Shown: one piece after another, positions 46,013 to 58,181 of the stretch | Layout: each line of letters opens with the position of its first letter | Position numbering within the stretch: position 1 is the stretch's first letter | DNA from: Octopus bimaculoides | Taxonomy: Eukaryota | Direction: 5' to 3' | Assembly (NCBI RefSeq): GCF_001194135.2 | Contig: NC_069003.1 | Span: 36,316,225 to 36,380,224 of the forward strand | DNA: 64,000 nucleotides | Made by a program: the position numbers and the translations under genes | The notes under the pieces: generated by a model | What the model was told of the DNA's origin: nothing | Databases searched by the model: none | What the model saw: only the letters and a program-made list of their open reading frames with translations

Positions 46013-47810
46013 TTCAATATTTGATAGTTTCAGGCAAATTCCTACTGCATCACCTGCTCCAGCTCCGTCTTGCTTCAGATCGATGTAATTGACTTACCCA
46101 CTCCCTGAAATTGCTGGCCTTGTGTCAAAATTTGAAATTATTATCATTATTATTACTATCGTTATTATTATTATATTATTATTAACTGGTAAGGTCATAA
46201 GAACATAGGACCAAATACTCGCAGCATTTCTTGTGGCTCTTTTTGAGTTCAAAATCACAGAGATTTACTTGGCCTTTCATCTTTTGGGGGTTGATAAAAT
46301 AAATACCAATCGGGTACCTGGGGGGAGGGGGGTCAATCTAATCAATTTCAGGCCTTCTGCCTATAGTAGAAAGAACTATTATTAGTTATTACCCTATTTC
46401 CTTAATGTCACATCTCAGCTCCTACTTGAAGCTTAGAGACACAACTTTTCCCTAAATACATGAGCTCACATGGTGGTGGTGGTGGATGCTAGATATATTT
46501 GCATAGAAAATTGGAATGGAATGGCATCACATTTAATTAGAACTGTTACATAATGTCAAGACAAGGTGATACACAAAAACACATGTATACAACAAGCTTC
46601 ACTCTGTTTCTATCAACCAAATCTACTTTCAGGGGTTTGGTCAGTGCTGTAGCAGAAGATACCAAAGGTGCTGCCCAGTCGGCAAGCGTGTGTGTGTGTG
46701 TATAATTAAGGTGTGAGTATAAGCTGTGGTGAAGACCATTATGGCCTTTGATTCAGTGCCAGGTGTCTTCTACTAAAACCTTGGCTGGACTTCAGCTTTG
46801 TAGGAAGATTTAGTACATGGAAACTGAAAGGAGCCCCTCACTTGTCTTGACATTGTGTGTGATGGTGGTAGTCAAACATCACCATTATGCAATTGTTATT
46901 GTTTATTTCCAGTCTTCTGTGAAAAATCTCTCTCACTATTGAAGAATATTACTTTGCTTGGAAACAGGTGAAGGCTGATGACAGGAATGGCACCTAAGGG
47001 TAGAAAACCTGCTTCAACAAATTCTGTCTGACCCATGCAAGCATGAAAAAGTGGACGTTAAATGAGGGTTTATACATTATGAATCTATGAGTTTTCTTTT
47101 CACATCAGATCTACTTGGTTATCCTTGAATAAAGTGGAAAAAGACCAACAAATACAACTTTTTTTTTTTTTTGTTTGCTAAATGTTGATAACTTATGAGT
47201 TGGAAGGTTAGAAACAAGATTTTGTAAATTAGCTCTGGAAAGGATGTTTAAAATCTTCAAAGTGGTGGTGTTTAAAGTCGGAAGAGTCAACTGAGAGATG
47301 TTGACATATCCATAGTCCTACAATTGAAAGGAACTCGTGTCCAAGATGTCATGCAGTGGATTTGAAAGCAGGACCTCATGATTGCCAAGGGAGCTTCTTA
47401 ACTCCTCAGCTATACTGCACCTACACACACACACACACATAGAATTAGAAAGGCAGATAAATGCAAGGAGGTTTAATAAGTATATTTACATGGAATACAA
47501 AAAGAAACAGTAAAGAGTAAAGAAAAAAAAAGAAAATGGATTTGTGCAATAGGTCTAACTTAACAGCTGTTTCAGGTGAAACAGCAATGACCTAACTGCT
47601 GGAGACTGCAGAAAAGAACGAAGGAAGAAAAGTTGAGAATTTTTTATTCGCTCCTAGAAAAATGCATTAATTATTTCAACCTGGCTGTGTTTGTAGACAG
47701 GTGAAAAGAATACTTCTAACCAAAAAAAAAATAAATGATAGCATTGTAGTTGCGGCAGGGCCTCCTTAGCAACCAATATTTTTAGACCCAGTCCGCCACT
47801 GTGTGTGTGT

Positions 47811-47908
47811 GCTGGAGCCTGGTGTAGCCATCTGGTTCACCAGTCTCAGTCAAATCGTCCAACCCATGCTAGCATGGAAAGCGGACGTTAAACGATGATG
47901 ATGATGAT
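47811..47908 (+). mobile_element. 5'-truncated RTE-tail (family A) copy
   Basis: Nearly identical to 8640-8741; ends in (GAT)n. Confidence 0.85.
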
Positions 47909-48113
47909 ATATATACCAATAAGGAGCAAATATTTAGGAGAGAGTATTTATATAGCATTGGGCTATATATATAAGTGAAAGATTTTGTTTGGCCCATTAG
48001 TCCGACTACTGTTAGTTTTCTATCGTAAACATCTGTGTTATTATTGGTGGTTTAAACGGAGGTTTTAATTCTTATTTCTAGCAGGCAGGTGCATTTGTGT
48101 ACCCTTATGATTG

Positions 48114-48144
<31 letters not shown>

Positions 48145-48591
48145 TGGAGCTGAGACTTTGTGTTGTGACTAACGTTTCATGCCACTGCTGTCTTAAAGCA
48201 AAACACTCACACACACACATATATATTCATGCTTTGGATTAAATTTACTGTTTGTATTACCAAACCTATATTTACACCTCCCACACACACACATAGGCGT
48301 GTTAATATAGGAAGCCATAGATCATGTGTGTATGTATGTCTATTTGCCTACCTGTGTAACCTGGTGTAAAAGATGCAAGGGAAACTATCCTCAAGCAGCT
48401 ATACACTCCCCTTCCCCGCCAACCTGTCATCCAGCTTTAGTCATACTTGTGTGTCATCATCACTCAGTTTTGTATCAACTGAACGGTGAAACTACTTTCA
48501 GAAACCTGATTCACTGACATGAGTAATAGCTGGCGGTTTATTGTCTTAATTTTTATTTCCTTCCAAGTTTTATATCTCCTCCTTTTTCATG

Positions 48592-48860
48592 GTTCATGGT
48601 TATGTGGTTAAGAAGCCAGCTTTCTAACCATGTGCTTTCGGTTTCAGCCTCATTACGCGGCGTGTTGGGCCTCTTCTATAGCCCTCATTCCAACCTATAC
48701 TTTGTGAGTGAATCCGGTTGACGGAAGCTGTGTAGAAGCCTGTCGTATGTATATGTGTGTTTGCGTTTACACCCCACGTCTTCGTAACTTACCGTTTCGG
48801 CAAAACAGCAATAGAATATGTACAGGGCTTTAAAAAAAATAAGCATTGCAGCTAACGTAC
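48592..48860 (+). mobile_element. Diverged SINE S1 copy
   Basis: Head, tcttctatagccc core remnant, ggaagctgtgtagaagcctgtcg and ttcggcaaaa tail. Confidence 0.7.
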
Positions 48861-49480
48861 CCGACTAAATAAACCCTCCAATGGCTGAATACCGTAGCAA
48901 TGGCCTTTCACATCTCTTCAAAAGAAAACCAATCTGCTTCCATCAAAATCATTAATGGATCTCCCCAACATCTTTAACAACGAAAGTTTCCCAATGCGTA
49001 ACAACATATGGAGCAAGTATATTCACTCTTTACCTTTAGGGACCCACATTTTGGTTCACCACTTGATAACCGGAATTGGTTTGTTTACGTCCAAGTAACT
49101 TACCAGGTCGGGCGTAAGAGCCCGATGGAATATGTACCAGAGCTTCAAGACTGTGCCCCAGCATGGCCACAGTCCAGTGACCGAAACAAGTAAAAGCTAA
49201 AAGAAGACACACAAATACAAACTCAAGAGTCGATCGACATCCACTTTACGCCTATAAAAATACATTCTTCAGTTAGAACTGCATTCACATGTCGGTTGCC
49301 TTGTTGGGTTGTGAATGTACACCAGTATCTAAGCAGTCATTTATGTTATCACCTCCGGAGCTCCCCACCGCGCATTTTTTTCCCTTCATATTCGTTCCCA
49401 GCCAGTTGTTTTACACCTATTAGACTAATTTTTTTTTAAATTTTGTCACCGGGTCAAACGCTTTAGTTTGACCCAGATCT

Positions 49481-49787
49481 CTAGTGTGAGACACGACGTA
49501 TAGCGACACATTCTCTGGCTCCCAACTCGCGGCATCTGCTGCAAACTCCGGTGTTGCCACCCGTAACGCGGAGGAGAGAAAGGACAATAAGTACAGGGAC
49601 CTGACCGGTTGCCGTCGAGACGTCAGGTGTTCTGGGACACCGTGCTACCGATTTCCTCCACAAAATAGGTAGAGCGGTGACTCATCCGAAAAATAAGCCC
49701 TGCAAGATGGAGTGGCTACTGCAGCCAGTGTCGCTGTTCATTCTCCGAGGCAACGCCATCGCGGTCATTACAGCAGAGTGCGGCTGA
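49481..49787 (+). mobile_element. C-terminal restriction-like endonuclease (RLE) remnant of a CRE/NeSL-type non-LTR retrotransposon
   Basis: Translates to LV*DTTYSDTF...ATRNAEERKDNKYRDL, then after a frameshift to VAVETSGVLG...FLHKIGR...ILRGNAIAV. This is the WD-T / AE..K..KY / VET.G / RGNA motif series of RLE domains. Confidence 0.8.
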
Positions 49788-50093
49788 GTATTCCTCTGGT
49801 TCTGAGATATGTGACCCATCGCCCCTCTCCGTCCGTTTTCGGCTGCTTTTTNNNNNNNNNNNNNNNNNNNNNNNNNNNNNNNNNNNNNNNNNNNNNNNNN
49901 NNNNNNNNNNNNNNNNNNNNNNNNNNNNNNNNNNNNNNNNNNNNNNNNNNNNNNNNNNNNNNNNNNNNNNNNNNNNNNNNNNNNNNNNNNNNNNNNNNNN
50001 NNNNNNNNNNNNNNNNNNNNNNNNNNNNNNNNNNNNNNNNNNNNNNNNNNNNNNNNNNNNNNNNNNNNNNNNNNNNNNNNNNNNNNNNNNNNN

Positions 50094-50205
50094 GAACGAA
50101 GGGGATGGAGAAGAGAGTCCAGCCGAGCCAGATCTTACTTTCCTCACCTGGACGACAGAAGATGTTGCAGACTGGATTAAAAACATGGGATTCCCTTTCT
50201 ATCAG
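50094..50205 (+). CDS. SAMD15: SAMD15-like exon, 5' part lost in gap (NEGDGEESPAEPDLTFLTWTTEDVADWIKNMGFPFYQ)
   Basis: SAM-domain start W(T)xEDVxxWI..GF; donor CAG|GTGCCT is weak but in phase 0. Confidence 0.8.
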
Positions 50206-51927
50206 GTGCCTTCCTCTAACTGACTATTGTTTTCGATGTATGTGTGTGTGTGGAGAGAGAGAGAGAGAAAGAGACACACACACATAAGCTTGTGTGTGCG
50301 TACATGTATGGTGACATGCGTCCCCCCCCCAGCTTGTTTTCTCTCCCCACCTGCGACATACGTAGCACCGTCCACTTTGTTCTTGCCATCCCATCAGTTT
50401 CCTCGATAGCGTTATTCACACTCACGCACACACACTCACTTTCTTTCTCCCCCCAGCTCTCTCATAAACACTTTCATTTTCACACACACTCACTCTCTCA
50501 CTCCCCTTTCTCTCATACACACATACTCTCTCTCTCTCTCACACACAGACACACACACACACACCCTTACATATTCGTCACCCACTTAATTATTGACACT
50601 TGCCTAATATTTTTAGCAGTTGTCTGTTTCACATCTAAACATAGACGTCCATTAACTGATACATTACTGAGGCATTAAAGTAACTTTACGGACAGAGTTT
50701 CGGATCGGGACGCCCACACAAGTTGTTTTTTCTGTTTTCACAGGAATTTTTCCAATTAATTTTTTCACCGCAGCCTTGAAATGAGACTGAAAGGGCTTCT
50801 TTATCTGAAATAAAACTTTTTAAANNNNNNNNNNNNNNNNNNNNNNNNNNNNNNNNNNNNNNNNNNNNNNNNNNNNNNNNNNNNNNNNNNNNNNNNNNNN
50901 NNNNNNNNNNNNNNNNNNNNNNNNNNNNNNNNNNNNNNNNNNNNNNNNNNNNNNNNNNNNNNNNNNNNNNNNNNNNNNNNNNNNNNNNNNNNNNNNNNNN
51001 NNNNNNNNNNNNNNNNNNNNNNNNNNNNNNNNNNNNNNNNNNNNNNNNNNNNNNNNNNNNNNNNNNNNNNNNNNNNNNNNNNNNNNNNNNNNNNNNNNNN
51101 NNNNNNNNNNNNNNNNNNNNNNNNNNNNNNNNNNNNNNNNNNNNNNNNNNNNNNNNNNNNNNNNNNNNNNNNNNNNNNNNNNNNNNGTATTGACGTTTTT
51201 CAATATTTTTCTGCCCGCAAACACATTTACACTATTAAAAAAAATTTGAAAATTTATGACTTTTTCAAACACCCCCCCTCCCCATCGCCATTTTTTCTGT
51301 TCATAATTTTAAAATATTGCAGATCCTGAGAAAAAAATCAAATATTTTCAAAAAAAATTTCTTATACAAATCTTTTTATACAAATCTTATCATCTCCTGC
51401 CACCATTTTGAAGGCTATGGTGAAAAACAAAATGGGAAAATCCTCATCAAAACTTGGAAAATCCTACTTACGTGGGCACATGCACACTAACAAAAGAATG
51501 CAGCTTGGATAAGGAACAGAGTGGTGGTGGTGATTGGATAGTGAAAGCATATTTCTTTTTTTAGAATGCCAGGCAGAATGCTTAGCAACTTTTTGTCTGT
51601 CTTGATGTTGTGAGTTCAAACACCACTGAAGTCGACTTTATGTGTCATCCTTTCAGGGTTGATAAAATAAGTACCAGTTATGCACTGGGGAGAGTTGATG
51701 CAATTGACTTACCACCACCACCACGCTCACCCAAAATTGCTAGTCTTGTGTGAAAATTTGAAGCTATCATTAAATATGAGTATTTAGATAAATATGAGTA
51801 TCTTGCATAAAGAGGCAGATATTTCATGGCTGGTCATGTGATGGTTGGAGAAGAATAGCTGTGAAAGTAGGTAAGTAAGTGCCTACGGAAAAGCAAAGGG
51901 TAATGGATCAAGTCTCATCTCTTTCAG

Positions 51928-52026
51928 GATTGCTTCATTCAAAATTATGTTGATGGCAAGAAACTGATCATGGCTGATGCCTCGACTTTATGTAAATTAG
52001 GAATCAGAGATTTCCAGGATATCAAA
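51928..52026 (+). CDS. SAMD15: SAMD15-like exon (DCFIQNYVDGKKLIMADASTLCKLGIRDFQDIK)
   Basis: Acceptor ctctttcag, donor AAA|GTAAGT, 99 nt; SAM core F..N.vdG..L...L.kLGI. Confidence 0.88.
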
Positions 52027-52304
52027 GTAAGTGACATTCTTGTGCAAATGGTAAACAAAAACTGTACGGAAGCTCTTTGCTAGTGTGTGTGTGTGTTAAT
52101 GCTCACATTTCTTCTTCTTTGCATGAGATGCCTGAGCTAAAAACGTTGATGCCATTTTAAAATTCCCTTTCAACAATAAATCCTGTAGTGAGATGGTTTT
52201 TGAATTCTAATGGGATTCAAAAAATTTTGTTGACAGACAGCTAAAGGCTGTTGAGAGGAAAGATATCTGGCTAAACAACACCATCTCAATTAAATACCCA
52301 TCTA

Positions 52305-52520
52305 ACTCATACCAGCATGGAAAAACAGATGTGAAACATTGTTTAACATCAGTTTTCCATACAGGCATGAGTTAGACAGCTCAAAAGGAAGGAAGGAAGC
52401 AATGAGCCAGAAAAGTATGCAGAGCCCCAATGGTCTGCTTTGGCAAGATGTCTGCAGTTGGATGCCCTTCTTAATGCCAACCACTTTACAGAGTGTTCCG
52501 GATGCCTTTTTCTGTGACCC
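52305..52520 (-). mobile_element. RTE-tail (family A) copy in SAMD15-like intron
   Basis: ccagcatggaaaaa...gttggatgcccttcttaatgccaaccacttt. Confidence 0.7.
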
Positions 52521-52771
52521 TTGTACTATTGAGGTCACCAAATACTCACAACACATATTTATATGTGTGTGTGTGTGTATTTATATATACATGATGAGTT
52601 GAGGTTCTTAAAATGATTTGGCTATTGTTTCTAGCAGGTTAATGATCATTGGCTAGTTTTAATATTGTTATATTTGTTGTTGCTATACTTTGTGTCTGTC
52701 TGTCTGCCAATCTGTCTATCTGCCTAACTGTCAATCTGTCTATCTCTTCCTTCTGCTATTGTCTTGTGTAG

Positions 52772-53077
52772 ACCATTGCATATCAGATCCGAATGTTAAT
52801 TTCTCTTGAGGAGCCAGACTGGAACCGAAGTATCTCTTTGCCACCCCGCAGTGACTGGGGTATGTTTCTGGAAATGAAAAGCAAGACAGGCAAGAAAACC
52901 GAAGAGATGGAATTTGAGAAATTCAGAACTGATCATAAGGATGTGATTTGGCAGCCGCCTCTTGATAATTCTGGTAAAATACAAACATGTTTTAGGGAAA
53001 AACATGTAAGCTACCAGGAAGCAACGACTTCTTCAGAAAGTGAAGGACAACAGACAATAAGTTCTGCTGCTGATTAA
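52772..53077 (+). CDS. SAMD15: SAMD15-like last exon (TIAYQIRMLISLEEPDWNRSISLPPR...FLEMKSKTGKK...*)
   Basis: Acceptor tcttgtgtag, in frame with ORF 52793-53077. The post-SAM RSISLP...LE.K..TG motif matches SAMD15 as I recall it. Confidence 0.85.
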   Translation, partial: TIAYQIRMLISLEEPDWNRSISLPPRSDWGMFLEMKSKTGKKTEEMEFEKFRTDHKDVIWQPPLDNSGKIQTCFREKHVSYQEATTSSESEGQQTISSAAD

Positions 53078-53499
53078 ATTTTAAATTGGACAAAACAAGA
53101 ATTTTACTGTAATTTTATATTTTTTTTAACACAAAGTCAATAATTTTCTATCATATATTTTTATCATAGTATTTCCCATAAATACACACAAATTTCAGAA
53201 CTTTCCTTCATGTTTTATTTTTGGTATTGTTTGTAATTGGTTCAGGCAGAACAGTGTCATTATGAAGTTTGCTGGCAAAGCAAATGGTTTCGAGTTCAGT
53301 CCCACTACAAAGCACTTTGGGCAAGTGTCCTCTGTGTAGTTCCAAGATGACCAATGCACCTAGCAAGTGGATTTGTTAGGCAGAAACTGAGAGAGGCTGT
53401 CATGTGAATATATATATGTGTGTGTGTGTGTGTATATATTTCACTCCTGGTGTAGTTGGCATTAAGAAAGGCATCCAGCTGTAGAAACCAGGTTCCAGT

Positions 53500-54473
53500 C
53501 TGATTTACTGTGGTTTCTATGGCTGGATGCCCTTCCTAACACCAACCATGCCAAGAGTGTAGTGTGTGCTTTTTATGTGCCAGAGATGATTGTGCTGGTA
53601 TGGTCATTTGCCATTGCCTCCATGAAACCCAACATTCAAAGATCATGCTTCACCACCTTGTCCCATGTCTTCCTAGGTCTCCCTTTTCCACAACTTCCTT
53701 CCACTGGTAGAGATCAACACTTCTTCACACAGCTCTCCTCGTCCATGTGCATCACATGACCATACCAGCACAATCATCTCTCTTATGCCCAGCTCTTCTC
53801 TCAAGATTCTTACACTCTGTCGTGCATGCACACTGACATTATACATCCAGTGAAGTAAACTAGCTTCATTTCTTACAGGTATGCGCATGTCCTCAGCAGT
53901 CACAGCCCATGTTTCACTGCCATGTAGCATAGCTGTTGGTGCATAAGCATCATACTGTCTGCCTTTCACTCTGGGCGAGAGGCCTTTTGTTACCAGCAGA
54001 GGTAGGAGCTCTCTGAACTCTGCCCAGCCTATTCTTATTCTAGCAGCTACACTCCCGAAACAACTGACTTGATCACCTTGATAATGGAAGCTATTGACTA
54101 CTTCTAGTTCCCCACCCCCCTGGTATTTGATGCAATCTATTTTAGTGTTTATTGTACCTGTGCACCTTCCACATGCAAAAACTATTTTACCTGTTAACCT
54201 TCCTCTGATATTGCTGCACCTCTTATGTGTCCATAGTTTATACCAGGTACATCTTATGGAGTTTCTACCTAAGCCTTTTCTACAGATTGAGCAGAGCCAT
54301 CTAACTGAAGGGATTTGTGATTTGTCTGCTCTCCTATTTACTAAGACTTTGGTTTTTGTTAGATTAGCCGTGGGGCCCTTTGGTTCCAGACTTTGCTTCC
54401 ACACCTGAAACTTCTTCTCTGCTTATTCCCCTCTGTTATTGCCTGGAGGACTACGATGACCAAGACAGGGCTA
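53500..54473 (-). mobile_element. 5'-truncated RTE-clade LINE (RT C-terminus with PHD-like insert), inactive
   Basis: ORF 53673-54404 contains NLTKTKV, LEVVNSFHYQGD, ARIRIGWAEFREL.PLL and MLHGSETW; RGRPRKTWD follows in a shifted frame. The YADD region is absent. Confidence 0.92.
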
Positions 54474-54599
54474 AGGACTGACCCATGGTGAACCCCTACT
54501 TATACCTTAAATTTATCGCTATACTCATTGCTAACCTTCACCTTACTGATAGCATCCTTGTACATGGCTTGTACAACTCTCACCAACTGCTACGTTTCG

Positions 54600-54810
54600 G
54601 GGACGCAAACAAACCAACACCGGTTGTCAAGTGGCGTTGTTGGAACAAACATAGATATGTATGTATGAATGAATGAATGTAACGGGCTTCCACGCAGTTT
54701 CCGTTTATCAAATTCACCCCCAAGACATAGGTCGGCTCGGGGCTACGTAGTGGGTCTGAACCCGTAACCGCATGGCTGCAAAGCGAGTTTATTAACTACA
54801 CAGCCAAACC
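54600..54810 (-). mobile_element. SINE S1 copy
   Basis: Reverse complement has gctgtgtagttaataaactcgc...ggttacgggttcagacc and ggaaactgcgtggaagcccg. Confidence 0.7.
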
Positions 54811-54959
54811 CGCATGTATTTTGAGAAAAAAAACAAAAAAACCCTCAGCAAATATTACTGTCGTCCATGTCTCAATAATAATAGCAATAATAATAATAAT
54901 GACCAGGAAACAAAGTCAATCGGTCATGCACTCCCATCATACACATGGTGTGTGATTTT

Positions 54960-55100
54960 TATATAAAAATAAAGGATGTCGAAGCTGTCTTGGCAACCGT
55001 CAAACAATTCATTAGCAACGATGGCGGAAGAACGGAAGTACGCGAATGAGCATGAGCAGATGAAACGGAGGCCGTCGCACGACTCTCCTTCTTCAACGTA
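54960..55100 (+). promoter_or_regulatory. CpG-rich promoter / first-exon region upstream of EIF2B3
   Basis: YY1-like GATGGCGG (55020), tandem ETS-like CGGAAG twice (55025, 55033), and a consensus donor GTAAGT at 55098. Confidence 0.6.
55021..55097 (+). CDS. EIF2B3: Predicted upstream coding exon of EIF2B3 (MAEERKYANEHEQMKRRPSHDSPSS)
   Basis: acgATGG Kozak context; 77 nt open; AC|GTAAGT joins the acceptor at 58017 in frame with the conserved Met at 58034. Confidence 0.5.
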
Positions 55101-58033
55101 AGTGTTCGCCTTCTCTTGTTTTATTTCTCTCTCTTTCTTTTTATATAAACTTTTATCTTTATATACGCATATGTGTATATATACACACCTGATAGTACTA
55201 CGGTGTTGGTATCAAATATATATATATATATATATACACTCATTTGTTTACAGCTGCGTGTTTAATCATTGTGTTCAGAGGTGAAACCTTATCGCTGCCA
55301 AGACCTGACCGAGCAAAACTTTACCGAGCAGCTGCTCCAACCGTGACCATCCCCAACGTTTACAAGAACTCTGCACCCACCACAAGCTTATACAGTGTAT
55401 CCCTGTCTAGTGTTAGATTGTGATGTGAGGGACATTTGGCTATTATTTCTCGCCAGTGGAGTTACTATGCTGAACCTATAGACTTCTGCTTTCACTCCTC
55501 CACCTGTCCCATTTGCTATTTTAGAATTGGGGTCGTGTGCGTATGTTTATATTTATACTTGGTTGATGGTAATATTTATTTAAGTAGTAGTAAATAGCTT
55601 AAAGTTAGTTTATCTTCCACTACCTGCTGACGAAAAAAGAAAACTGTTTAAAGCAGACGAGTTTCTCTGCAGAACACTTCTTCTGTCCAATCTGACATTT
55701 AAACAAGGACGTCAGTCTTTGAGAAATATTTAGAATCTCGTGAATTCTTGCTTTATAAAACGCAAATACTATTTTTTAAAAAATAACAATAACAGAGAAA
55801 ATAACCCTTTTCTCGTTTCCCCTGGGGTTGTAGGAATCTGACGGCGAGGAATAGCTATTCCAAAACTCCACACTTTTCAGCGTGGGTAAAGCTAATATTC
55901 ATTCAAAAATTATATATATAACGGGGCACCCTTTGAGAAATTAAGAACTACCCCCTAACTTTGTTTTTTATTGGCATAAATCATTTCTTGGTTCCCCCCC
56001 TTTTTTTTTTCTTAAAAGGTAACATGTGGAAGGAAAGTTTATATATGTGTGTGGGGGACTGGATACGCTCAGTGCGCGATTAATTTTACCCTTCGGGTTT
56101 CTGTCCTTATTGGCAATCTCATTAACGAGGGAACTGTTCAGTTTTGAGCATCAGGGCATCTATGGATTGCATTTCTAGTTTGACATTTAATATCGAGTAC
56201 CGAGACCTATGTAGCCATAGATTTAATAACAGGATACCAAATTCAAGTCCATGTTCTTTTCTCGTTCTGTGTGGCACACCATTTAGTGACTATATTGCGA
56301 CCATCGATTCCAAGACCTGCACCATTTCCCTATCCGTCAGTCTTACTCCAGATACGACATATAACTATTATACGCACGCACGTGTCTGCAGCAGTTATAT
56401 ATATAGCTTTTTACTGCACTTATCAATCAAGGGTTCTGTCTTTTTTTTTTTTATAGAAAAATATCGAACAGAAAACTTCGTATTTTTCGGGTTTTTTTCT
56501 TTTAAATCGCACTCTTTTATAATCTTTGGTAAAATGTGTGTGTATTCGAGTGTTGTCTAGTGAATTTTTTAATTGTCAACTGGTATTAGCTGTTTGCTAG
56601 AAATTGCAGCTAAATCTCTCAAATCTCACTTTGTCGTTTTAGATTTAATTATTTATAATCATATTGCATAATCTATTCTGAAATATACTGTCTGAAAAGA
56701 CAATGAGGCCAAACATCTATTTTAATTGTTGTTAGGCCAGGAATTTGTGCAAAGCAATTTCACGAAGATACGCACCAGAAATGTCTCTACTCCGATGTCC
56801 CGGTAAATTTTTACCGATGTGATGTCCCTTGCTTATTTCAATTTTTTGTTCTTTAGCTTAAAAAAAATATAGTTATATAATCGCCGGACCTTTTGATATT
56901 AAGGTTGTATCGCATTCGGAATAAATAAGTCGCCACAAACCATTTCTACTTTTCTCAAATTTTACCTCACTCCGCTATTTTCCCTCCTATTAACATTGAG
57001 TACCACATAGCAGTAGAAACGGTGTTGGATCGATTCCTCTCTGGTNNNNNNNNNNNNNNNNNNNNNNNNNNNNNNNNNNNNNNNNNNNNNNNNNNNNNNN
57101 NNNNNNNNNNNNNNNNNNNNNNNNNNNNNNNNNNNNNNNNNNNNNNNNNNNNNNNNNNNNNNNNNNNNNNNNNNNNNNNNNNNNNNNNNNNNNNNNNNNN
57201 NNNNNNNNNNNNNNNNNNNNNNNNNNNNNNNNNNNNNNNNNNNNNNNNNNNNNNNNNNNNNNNNNNNNNNNNNNNNNNNNNNNNNNNNNNNNNNNNNNNN
57301 NNNNNNNNNNNNNNNNNNNNNNNNNNNNNNNNNNNNNNNNNNNNNNNNNNNNNNNNNNNNNNNNNNNNNNNNNNNNNNNNNNNNNNNNNNNNNNNNNNNN
57401 NNNNNNNNNNNNNNNNNNNNNNNNNNNNNNNNNNNNNNNNNNNNNNNNNNNNNNNNNNNNNNNNNNNNNNNNNNNNNNNNNNNNNNNNNNNNNNNNNNNN
57501 NNNNNNNNNNNNNNNNNNNNNNNNNNNNNNNNNNNNNNNNNNNNNNNNNNNNNNNNNNNNNNNNNNNNNNNNNNNNNNNNNNNNNNNNNNNNNNNNNNNN
57601 NNNNNNNNNNNNNNNNNNNNNNNNNNNNNNNNNNNNNNNNNNNNNNNNNNNNNNNNNNNNNNNNNNNNNNNNNNNNNNNNNNNNNNNNNNNNNNNNNNNN
57701 NNNNNNNNNNNNNNNNNNNNNNNNNNNNNNNGAGGATAATGTGTGATTTAAGGGAGATTTTGCTGTCGTTTCTAGCACATTCCAAGACAGCCCCCGTCGT
57801 TTCTTTCTCACTCTTGCATGTATTGATGTTTTTCAATATTTTCCATTGACGTAGCGCCACCAACCCCCTAATTTATCCCAACATCCAAACTAGATGCTTA
57901 GCCAAATAATCAGATTCAAGACATTTTAATGCAATTTTCTTTTCCTTTTTAAGTGCTTTTGGCTGGACTTGAAGTGAGCCAACTGTGAATTTGTTTTTTT
58001 TTTTTCCTGTGTTTTAGTGAAGCATTATACATT

Positions 58034-58181
58034 ATGGATTATCATCCTGTGATACTGGCTGCTGGCACCGGGTCAAGAATGAATGACCTCACTGCCAACA
58101 CGCCAAAAGCTCTGTTGACTGTCGGAAACAAACCAATGATTTGGTATTCTATTAACATGTGTCAGAAGGCAGGTTTCCAAG
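58034..58181 (+). CDS. EIF2B3: eIF2B gamma exon (MDYHPVILAAGTGSRMNDLTANTPKALLTVGNKPMIWYSINMCQKAGFQ); exon starts at 58018
   Basis: Nucleotidyltransferase-like GxGSRM...PK.LL.VGNKP.IWY motif; donor G|GTTTGT in phase 1. Confidence 0.93.

Noticed and set aside
56940-57045. Minus-strand donor-like GAG|GTAAAA at the edge of a gap, suggesting a divergent transcript
   Set aside because: The exon body is in the gap and I found no downstream minus-strand coding exons.
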